Positions 1-6,783 of a DNA stretch of 12,890 bases are shown here, piece after piece (the first letter of the stretch is position 1; every line of letters starts with the position of its first letter). The notes under the pieces were generated by a model that saw only the letters and a program-made list of their open reading frames with translations, was not told the origin of the DNA and ran no database searches. Location: assembly GCA_027451365.1 (NCBI GenBank), contig DAIDJN010000013.1, positions 1 through 12,890 on the forward strand, read 5' to 3'. This stretch comes from Phycisphaerales bacterium (GTDB taxonomy: Bacteria > Planctomycetota > Phycisphaerae > WQYP01). The translations under genes were made by a program, and so were the position numbers.

Positions 1-141
1 ATGCTGGCTGCTTCGCAGATCACAACGCTCCGCATCTGAACGCACCGCCGATATTATCTGTTACCACCAATGGCGAAACCGCGCCGCCATCACATCGCGA
101 AAACGACACGAACGTAAAAGAGAGTAGCGCTGTAGTACTAA
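1..141 (+). mobile_element. IS701-family element, right end
   Basis: GTAGCGCTGTAGTA (124-137) then CTAA (138-141) directly after the transposase stop. IS701 elements characteristically end ...GCTGTAGTA next to a YTAR target tetramer. Confidence 0.72.
2..127 (+). CDS. IS701-family transposase, C-terminal fragment (5' end outside window)
   Basis: Not in the ORF track. Frame +2 reads CWLLRRSQRSASERTADIICYHQWRNRAAITSRKRHERKRE* (TAG 125-127), which resembles the basic YHQxRNxxAxxS C-terminal tail of IS701 transposases and is followed directly by an IS701-like end. Confidence 0.75.
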   Translation, partial: CWLLRRSQRSASERTADIICYHQWRNRAAITSRKRHERKRE

Positions 142-545
142 GTTCCCTGGCGCGGCGATTCGATCCACCAGGCGCAAACTTGGCGATCTGGCGTGGAATG
201 AACCGCCACGGAGCCGCCGCGTCAATATCCACTGCGGTCGAGTTCGCAGCCTGGTTCATCCGTCGCAGATATGAATCAGCCACGACTTGGGTATCGGGGA
301 TTTGCCCCACACTGGATATTGTCTGATTCCCGGACCGTCGCTTTTCCGTTATCCGCCTCCGGTGCTCTTGCGGGATCACGATGGTCATTCGGAGGTTTTG
401 TTGGGCTGGGATCATCCGAACCCAATACGTCGCTTCCCAGGTATTGTGCTTTCCAGCACGAGCCTGCCAGCCCGTCGGCAAGCCGACTGCCAACTCGCGG
501 AGCCACAGACGAGACCCTCCCGACCGATACCTGACCAGACCGTAC
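142..545 (-). ncRNA. Candidate large structured non-coding RNA of unknown family, interrupted at its 3' side by IS701
   Basis: About ten helices found by eye (listed in findings). Several mismatches on + become G-U pairs on -. The - strand also carries GGAA (GNRA) and G(CUUG)C tetraloops. No convincing protein in any frame. Confidence 0.5.
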
Positions 546-548
546 CGA

Positions 549-579
549 AGTTTTTCCCACATTTGTGGTGGTGAGTCAA
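549..579 (-). promoter_or_regulatory. Possible sigma70-type promoter for the structured RNA
   Basis: Minus strand: TTGACT (579-574), then a weak -10-like AAAACT (554-549) with a 19-nt spacer. The implied start (~542-540) falls at the first helix. Confidence 0.3.
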
Positions 580-608
580 AAACAAAATGCTGTATCCGTC
601 CTCGCCCG

Positions 609-634
609 TTGCGTTCTTTGCGTTCTTTGCGGTT
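609..634. repeat. 9-bp tandem repeat (TTGCGTTCT)x2 plus TTGCGGTT
   Basis: Seen directly: 609-617, 618-626, 627-634. Confidence 0.85.
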
Positions 635-672
635 CAGACCGTTGCATCGCCGCCGCCAGCCCTAAACTGGGG

Positions 673-691
673 GGCGGGCGTCTCGCCCGCC
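673..691. repeat. REP-like palindrome GGCGGGCG-TCT-CGCCCGCC
   Basis: Perfect 8-bp inverted repeat with a 3-nt loop. A possible degenerate half copy (GTCCTCGCCCG) lies at 598-608. Confidence 0.7.
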
Positions 692-710
692 TTTCGGCGC
701 GATTCCCTGT

Positions 711-773
711 TAAATACCAAATACCAGATGCCAAATGCCAAATGCTAACTCCTGTCTCCTAACTCCCGTCTCC
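711..773. repeat. Heptamer tandem array, 9 units
   Basis: TAAATAC CAAATAC CAGATGC CAAATGC CAAATGC TAACTCC TGTCTCC TAACTCC CGTCTCC, in unbroken 7-nt register. Confidence 0.85.
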
Positions 774-878
774 TGCCCCATGGCATTGAATCCTCCATCA
801 GAATTGCCGCCGGCGATCATTTTGCCGTTCAATCCGCTGGCCGCATCGCCGCAGATTTTCACAACGGCGTGAAAACCC

Positions 879-884
879 TATAAT
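879..884 (+). promoter_or_regulatory. -10 box TATAAT, probable leaderless promoter
   Basis: Consensus TATAAT 7 nt before ATG 892; no clear Shine-Dalgarno. Confidence 0.6.
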
Positions 885-891
885 ATGCGGA

Positions 892-1422
892 ATGAATTTT
901 GACGCCCCACGAATCTCGCACCCATTAATGGCCCCAACCGGTCTTGTGAATCCGCGCCGGACCGTTGGCGCATTGTCGGCCGGCTCGGGACGCATTCGAC
1001 TTTTTGGGGCCGGGCTGGTCGCCCTGGCTGCACCCGTTCTGGCCGTCGGTCTCTGGTTGAATCCGAATGCCGCAGGTCTGGGAACACACACGCAACTTGG
1101 GTTCGGCCCATGCCCGTTCTATATGCGGTACGGCATTCCCTGTCCCACCTGTGGTTACACAACGGCCGTCAGCCATGTGGCTCATGGCCAATGGATTTCG
1201 GCAATTCTAACCCAGCCCGCGGGGGCGGCCGTCGGATTTGTACTGGTTGGGGCGCTTCTACTGGGTCTGGCTGCGCTGGTGACGGGGCGATGGTATGGGC
1301 CAGGTCTGCTGTGGCTGGGCTGGCGGCTGGAACGGATCATTGTTCTGGTCACCGTGCTGTTTTTAGGGTCCTGGCTGTACAAAGTGCTCACAACCAGCGC
1401 ATGGAAGCCGCACCACTGGTAG
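892..1422 (+). CDS. DUF2752 family membrane protein
   Basis: CPFYMRYGIPCPTCGYTTAVSHVAHGQW matches the DUF2752 CPxxxxxGxPCPxCGxT motif, with hydrophobic helices on both sides. Confidence 0.88.
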   Translation: MNFDAPRISHPLMAPTGLVNPRRTVGALSAGSGRIRLFGAGLVALAAPVLAVGLWLNPNAAGLGTHTQLGFGPCPFYMRYGIPCPTCGYTTAVSHVAHGQWISAILTQPAGAAVGFVLVGALLLGLAALVTGRWYGPGLLWLGWRLERIIVLVTVLFLGSWLYKVLTTSAWKPHHW

Positions 1423-1481
1423 AATTCAGAAAATCAGACCGGTGGAGATTGTCCACAGGTCAGGCAAACGAGGAAATTTTC

Positions 1482-2174
1482 ATGGTTCGAGTAAATAGCC
1501 GATGGAAGAAAGCCAGTGCCTGCTTTGTGACGGCAGCCTTTTTGCTGACGGTGGTGGTTACCGGTGGCTGCCAGAGCGCCGCCCAGAAGCGCAAGGCGGC
1601 CGAACTGGCCAGATTAAGCGCCTATGCGGGCTTAAAACATCACAGTGTGGCCGTGGTCGTATACGCCGATGATGCCACGCTTTTCATGTATCCGCAGGCA
1701 GCGAAGGAAGTCAGTTCATTTCTCGATTACGACCTCAAGCGTGCGGTACCCAGCGCCCGGATTTTGAATTACCGCGATGTCATCAATTATCAGAACCAGA
1801 CGCCGAACTGGCAGGCTCTGCCGATCAAGGCGATCGGATTGCATTTTTCAGTGGATCGGGTGATCTACTTGGAACTGCTGAACTATTCCACACATGCCCC
1901 CGGTGCTGAGCACCTTTTGCAGGGACATATAAAAGCTCGAGTATATGTATATGACACTCATCTTCCGGGGGATGGTCGCGTACTGACCACCACCGTCAGC
2001 ACCCGCTGGCCACGATCGGCACCTGAACCGGTCTACCATGGAGACACCAACGTGGTGCGTATGAATACTTTGACCGCCTTTTCCGCGATTCTGACGCATG
2101 ATCTGACGCATTGGGATACCAGCGGACAGAATGGGTCGATACGGGCGGCACGGGAGCTTAAAAATGAAAATTAA
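1482..2174 (+). CDS. Hypothetical lipoprotein (230 aa)
   Basis: Start moved to ATG 1482 (GAGGA RBS at 1470-1474). Basic N-terminus, hydrophobic stretch and lipobox-like VTGG-C. Confidence 0.8.
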   Translation: MVRVNSRWKKASACFVTAAFLLTVVVTGGCQSAAQKRKAAELARLSAYAGLKHHSVAVVVYADDATLFMYPQAAKEVSSFLDYDLKRAVPSARILNYRDVINYQNQTPNWQALPIKAIGLHFSVDRVIYLELLNYSTHAPGAEHLLQGHIKARVYVYDTHLPGDGRVLTTTVSTRWPRSAPEPVYHGDTNVVRMNTLTAFSAILTHDLTHWDTSGQNGSIRAARELKNEN

Positions 2175-2811
2175 TGCGCGGGCGATGTTCGCCCTGATTT
2201 TTCTTTTAGCTGCCGCGGTAGTGACCTTTTCGCTGGGTGGCTGTCAGTTGGCCTACTTTTTCAGCGGCAACGGGGCCAGCATGGCCGATTATTCCGTTCC
2301 CAAAAAGGACCGCGTTCTGGTGATGGTGGATTCAGCGCCCGCATACCCCATGACAATTCAAGCCATTTCCACGCTGTGCACCAAGGTCAATGACCAGTTG
2401 TACCAGAACAAGGCCGCTACAAGTCTTGTGCCGGCATATCGGCTTACCGCATTGCAGCAAAGCAATCCGGTGGCCTATCGCCAGATGACCATCGCCCAGG
2501 TGGCGGCGGCGATGCACGCAGATATTGTGATCTATGTATTTGTCCAGAAGTTTCAGGTTCAGCTTGCCAGTGCCAAACAAATTACCCGCGGCTATGGCAT
2601 TTGCGCCGTCAAGGTTGTGTTAAAAAGTGGTAAAAGAGTTTGGCCGAAAGACGCCACGGAAGGTTTTTCCGTGGCCGCGCATGTGCCTCCGAATTTCACG
2701 CGAACCCAAAGCACCGCGGACGTTGAAGCGAGGCTGCTGCGGAAACTTTCCCGCCGCATCGCCCGCATTTTCTATCTGCATGAAAACGGTTACACGCCGC
2801 ACCAGGAATAA
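2164..2811 (+). CDS. Hypothetical lipoprotein (215 aa), probable paralogue of the upstream gene
   Basis: ATG 2164 with GGAG at 2153-2156, overlapping the upstream gene by 11 nt. Signal peptide with lipobox LGG-C. Confidence 0.82.
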   Translation: MKINARAMFALIFLLAAAVVTFSLGGCQLAYFFSGNGASMADYSVPKKDRVLVMVDSAPAYPMTIQAISTLCTKVNDQLYQNKAATSLVPAYRLTALQQSNPVAYRQMTIAQVAAAMHADIVIYVFVQKFQVQLASAKQITRGYGICAVKVVLKSGKRVWPKDATEGFSVAAHVPPNFTRTQSTADVEARLLRKLSRRIARIFYLHENGYTPHQE

Positions 2812-3014
2812 GTCCATTTTGCGCCTTTCGCGCAGCCGGACTGACCTTATTGTGTATGCCGCGGTGTACCTGAAAGCAGGGGGTATGACGCATGGGATCA
2901 ATGAGTCGCGCCGCAAATTTCAATGCAAACCAAAAACCGCCCCGGCAGGATGCTCTTCCGGACATTCTCGGTCAGTTGCAAACCCCGCGCCGCCGCGACA
3001 GATCGGGCGGTCAG

Positions 3015-4532
3015 ATGTCCTCTATTTTATGGGCAATTGCCATCGTGTTTTTTTCAACCCGCGCTCTGACGATGGCCCGCGGCGGGCCCATTGCGGCGGC
3101 GGCCGGTGGCGCGACGCATGTCCCGGTTGAAACGGATTATCTGGCATTGTTCAACAAGCGTTTTGGCCAGGGCGTGACCGCATTGAACAACGCCGCAGTG
3201 CCGGTTGTCATCTTAAACCGCCCCGGCTCGTTGCGAGTTTCCTATGAGAAATTTAATGGCAAGGCTTGGTTACCCGTTCCCTTGCCGGACGGCGAAATTC
3301 GTATTTGTCAGGCGCTGGGAATAACCAGCCAGGAACTGCGCGGACCGGTTTTCAGCCATTATATTCAATTTGCCGCCATGCTTCACCAGGGGCTTCGTGA
3401 TGGATCCAAATCCAACGCGGGAGTCGTGGCACCGGTTCCCGAATATATCACGGGCCGTTTCATGAAAAAGCCGTGGAAATACAAGCCAAATCCATGGATC
3501 GAAATTTGGTTGCGAAAGCAGAAACCGGCCTTCCGAGTGCTTGTCGCGGCCAGCCGACGTCCAAGGTTTTTCATTCCGCTTCTGCCGGTCCATGCCGGTG
3601 GGACTTTTTCCCTTTCCATGGTGCCAAATTTGGATGACGAGGTCGGCGAAGTTCAGGACATGTGTCAGGACCTTATCGCGCGGGCGATGATGGAACTGGG
3701 CGAAAAGCATATTCGCCGCTGCCGGCGCGACCTGCTGGCGGCGCACCGTTTTGCCATGTTAATGACTCAGGAACATACCGGGCTGGCCATCTTGGCCGGT
3801 TTTTCACTTGCCGCGGATGCCATGGATGCGGAGCGGACACTCGCCGCGTCCGGCGAGCTTTCCGCATCGGCGGCGGCGCGGTTCCTAAAAGAAATACAAA
3901 GTCTTCCCGCACCTGTCAGCATTGCGGATTCTGATGACACCATCGGACGATGGCAAATGCTTTCTATTCTTGAGTTTCTGGCGAACCATCCGTCCCTCCG
4001 TTCTTGGACAATTAAGCGGCGCATGTGGCCAAAAATCACCCAAAAATGGACCTCCCGACAATATCGGGCGGCCATTCCGGCCTTTAATGACTTGATCGAT
4101 CAGATGGTACATATCGAACGTATCAAAAATCTGACGCATCAGATTCAGAGGCTGTCGGCAATGCTAGGGGTGTGGCGGAAATCCGCGGATTTGTATCAAA
4201 ACGCCTTTGCCGCACTTCATTCCGGGTCCGTGTCTGCGTACACGTTTGAGGAATTTGGCGAGTTCGCGGCGGACAGTCGCGTGACCGATATATGTCTTGC
4301 GATTGCGGCCTTCCAGCGCTCGCGTGGCCATTTTCCCAAGACATTGAACCAATTGGTGCCCACATATTTTGTACGTGTGCCACGCAACCCATCTAATGGA
4401 AGGCCATTCGTATACCGCGCCACTGCAAAAAAATGCTCGATCACCAGTTATGAAACTTTTCCACCCGCGGCTTCCGGCGACCTCAAGATATACAGGATAC
4501 CACCCCTGATTGTGCGGATGCATGCCCGTTAA
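3015..4532 (+). CDS. Secreted or membrane-anchored hypothetical protein with a pseudopilin-G-like C-terminal motif
   Basis: Long ORF; start uncertain (2892, 2901 or 3015, the last giving a signal-like N-terminus). The C-terminal LAIAAFQRSRGHFPKTLNQLVPTYFVRVPRNPSNGRPFVY resembles the GxYPxxLxxLVPxYxxxxPxDPxxGxPxxY motif common in planctomycete proteins. Confidence 0.72.
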   Translation: MSSILWAIAIVFFSTRALTMARGGPIAAAAGGATHVPVETDYLALFNKRFGQGVTALNNAAVPVVILNRPGSLRVSYEKFNGKAWLPVPLPDGEIRICQALGITSQELRGPVFSHYIQFAAMLHQGLRDGSKSNAGVVAPVPEYITGRFMKKPWKYKPNPWIEIWLRKQKPAFRVLVAASRRPRFFIPLLPVHAGGTFSLSMVPNLDDEVGEVQDMCQDLIARAMMELGEKHIRRCRRDLLAAHRFAMLMTQEHTGLAILAGFSLAADAMDAERTLAASGELSASAAARFLKEIQSLPAPVSIADSDDTIGRWQMLSILEFLANHPSLRSWTIKRRMWPKITQKWTSRQYRAAIPAFNDLIDQMVHIERIKNLTHQIQRLSAMLGVWRKSADLYQNAFAALHSGSVSAYTFEEFGEFAADSRVTDICLAIAAFQRSRGHFPKTLNQLVPTYFVRVPRNPSNGRPFVYRATAKKCSITSYETFPPAASGDLKIYRIPPLIVRMHAR

Positions 4533-4554
4533 GGCCGCGCCCGACAGCACGGCC
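4533..4554. terminator. Possible terminator hairpin between convergent genes
   Basis: GGCCGCGC-ccgaca-GCACGGCC fills the 26-nt gap between the two stop codons and is fully paired on - with one G-U. The U-tracts are weak. Confidence 0.4.
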
Positions 4555-4558
4555 GATT

Positions 4559-5452
4559 TTAATCTGCGGCGTAAATGCGGCCCAGAAGAGTCAGCGACCC
4601 GTTCTTGTGAAACAGGGCAGATGTGCCCAGCGCGGTATAGCGGGATTTTTGTGCCGGAAACCAGGCATAACATTGTACGAATCTCATGCGATTCATCGCG
4701 GGAAGCACAATACGCATAAATCGGGCGATAACCTGTGGCGAATAAATGTTGGGCCGTTTGCGGCTGGCGCTCCAGTCGCCCACGGCGAATTCGGTTACCC
4801 AGATGGGCCGACGGTACATCTGATGAATGCGGTTTAACATTTCCAGAAAGCGCGCCGCATCCGGGCCGCCATACCAGTGAATGCAGATAAAATTCACCCG
4901 ATAGTGCCGCACCGCCACGCCGTGCATGAATGCTCGCATCCAGGAATTATCCGGATGCACACAGGCGGGACTGCCCAGCATCATGCCGGTGGATTCAATT
5001 TTAGGCCACTCTTTCAGCGCGGTACCGACCGTCAGATTCGCCTGGTGTTTTCCATCCGGTTCATTAAATGTCAGGAGGTAATTTTGCAGGCCAGCGTTGT
5101 GTTTCTTTTTAAGCCATGACACGCTGGAATGAAGTCCGCCCGGCCGGTAGCCCCAAATCATTGGAACAAAGTGGGTCTTTTGAGGCGGTCTTGCACCGGC
5201 ATGTAATCCCCAGGTGTAGACCCAACTCACATGCAGGCGGCGCAGCGCTGCTCGCCACTGTTTTCCCCCTCCGCCGGAACCCAGCCCGATCCCTTTTTTG
5301 GGTGAGTGCCATGTCGTTCGGCTGCTGAATGTGGTCTGGCCACCTGCGCGCTGGCCCGTGGTGATGAATGCGGTCATCACAAGGCCGCAGGCTGTAACCG
5401 CCACAAGTTGTGTAATCGAACGCAAACCCCGTCTGGAAATATTGCTTGCCAT
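4559..5452 (-). CDS. GH128-like glycoside hydrolase (Glyco_hydro_cc), probable secreted beta-1,3-glucanase
   Basis: Motifs WVYTW, FVPMIWG, LLTFNEPD (acid/base Glu), IHWY, PIWVTEFA (nucleophile Glu) and YAWF; N-terminal signal peptide. Confidence 0.9.
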   Translation of the reverse strand: MASNISRRGLRSITQLVAVTACGLVMTAFITTGQRAGGQTTFSSRTTWHSPKKGIGLGSGGGGKQWRAALRRLHVSWVYTWGLHAGARPPQKTHFVPMIWGYRPGGLHSSVSWLKKKHNAGLQNYLLTFNEPDGKHQANLTVGTALKEWPKIESTGMMLGSPACVHPDNSWMRAFMHGVAVRHYRVNFICIHWYGGPDAARFLEMLNRIHQMYRRPIWVTEFAVGDWSASRKRPNIYSPQVIARFMRIVLPAMNRMRFVQCYAWFPAQKSRYTALGTSALFHKNGSLTLLGRIYAAD

Positions 5453-5459
5453 TCGATGG

Positions 5460-5465
5460 AGTATA
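5460..5465 (-). promoter_or_regulatory. -10 box TATACT, probable leaderless promoter
   Basis: Minus strand TATACT-ccatcga-ATG (7-nt gap to ATG 5452); no SD. Confidence 0.55.
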
Positions 5466-5572
5466 ATGTCTGAACCGGAAAAAAACAGTCATTGACGTAT
5501 AACGCCTCGCAGCCTCGCACGTCGTTTTGTGTCAATACCTGGCCAGCCTCAGATTCGTCGCGTGACTGGTCG

Positions 5573-6541
5573 TCAGCCGAAAAACATGGCTGCAATTGCG
5601 GCCGTGCCGTTCAGAATTCGTCTGGAAGGCCGCACCAGATATTTAAGCCGCTCTCCCATATAAACCTTGCCAATATCGCGTGTCAGCGGGTCGAATGCCG
5701 CGGGCAGAATGGACCGCTCAAAGTGGGCGTCGGCCACCGCTAATGAACGCGTAACACTTGCCAGTTCGGTGGTGGCCGCGTTTGTGTCTGGTGCCAGCAG
5801 TGCCGCATAGGCCCGAAGGGCCAGGTCGGCAATGCCCGTTGTTTCACCCGATTGTGAGGTACTTTTGTGGTGCCAGAGGCGGTCATTCAGAAATGCGTCA
5901 ACCATACCGGCATTTGTGGAATTCAGGCCCGGAAAATGGAAATGGCAATCGCATTGAATTTTATTAATCGCCGCTTGCCAATTTGCGACAAATTGGCTTG
6001 ACGAAACGATGGTTCGTGGCAGTTTGTGTGTGGCCTGTTCCATTTCCAGATTGTAGCGCAGCCAGAGCAGCGGCGATTTCCGCAGGCTGAACTGATTGCG
6101 GCGCTGCAGGGACGCCGCAACTTCCAGAGGATGGCGCACCATCAGAATAAATCGCGGGGTTATATTCAGCCTTGCCAGTGCGGATATCCACAATGGGCAG
6201 AGGCGACTGATTTCGGGATCCTTGATTCCCCATAGCGCGGATTCGGAAAAATCGGCCCGAATCAATCCTTTAATCTGATCTTCAAATTCCGACTGACTGG
6301 CCGAATTGAGTCGCTCCGTTAAAAGCGATTTCACCCAGCCCGACGATCCCCCCATACTGCGTAAAACGCGGCGGTTAAGCGCCACCGTCATGGCATGTTC
6401 CCAATGACCGGTCGGATTAAATGCGTCACTGCCGACCACACGTTGGCCAACATCCATGCCCAGCAGATTGCAAACCCGCGCCATGGCGGATGTGCCGCTG
6501 CGGTGCATTCCCGTGATAATCAGCCCGGTCGGCATTTTCAT
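5573..6541 (-). CDS. Sulfotransferase-family protein (P-loop fold)
   Basis: IITGMHRSGTS 5'-PSB loop, NPTGHWE, WGIKDP and RHPLEVAASL 3'-PB motif. The start could be 6601, 6541 or 6535. Confidence 0.88.
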   Translation of the reverse strand: MKMPTGLIITGMHRSGTSAMARVCNLLGMDVGQRVVGSDAFNPTGHWEHAMTVALNRRVLRSMGGSSGWVKSLLTERLNSASQSEFEDQIKGLIRADFSESALWGIKDPEISRLCPLWISALARLNITPRFILMVRHPLEVAASLQRRNQFSLRKSPLLWLRYNLEMEQATHKLPRTIVSSSQFVANWQAAINKIQCDCHFHFPGLNSTNAGMVDAFLNDRLWHHKSTSQSGETTGIADLALRAYAALLAPDTNAATTELASVTRSLAVADAHFERSILPAAFDPLTRDIGKVYMGERLKYLVRPSRRILNGTAAIAAMFFG

Positions 6542-6783
6542 CTTTCTTGGGGCTAAAGTTTCCGGCAAGATCGCTTTTTCATTCGCGGGCCGGATATCCA
6601 ATCTCGCCGCCCATCCAAGCCGTCCTGTTTCCGCACGCTTGGTTCACGGTTTAGTTGCAGCAGGTGCACTTTTTTTTGTCGCAAGCGGCCTGTCTTGCTG
6701 TCTGGGGTGCTTGGCACCAAACGCCCGACACCTGAGGGCCAATCGGCGGAAGTCGGACATCAACCGGTTCTGCCAACATGGTG

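Noticed and set aside
142..545. Assignment as RNase P RNA, tmRNA, group I/II intron or a known riboswitch
   Set aside because: Diagnostic sequences were not found (GAGGAAAGUCC, tRNA-like ends with tag peptide, P7 core, domain V). GTACG at 545-541 only loosely resembles the GUGYG 5' end of group II introns.
20..562. 180-aa minus-strand ORF and the overlapping short ORFs at 271-665
   Set aside because: It crosses the IS701 junction and has no recognisable motif or RBS. The region is better explained by RNA structure.
664..673. AAACTGGGGG identical to 12331-12340 (tRNA 3' end), a possible att duplication bounding an island
   Set aside because: Only 10 bp, low complexity and overlapping the REP-like hairpin. 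There is no integrase and the enclosed genes look chromosomal.
609..773. CRISPR array
   Set aside because: The units are 7-9 bp and tandem, with no spacers and no cas genes.
1110..1481. N-terminal extension of the 354-aa ORF
   Set aside because: It overlaps the DUF2752 gene. The RBS and signal peptide point to ATG 1482.
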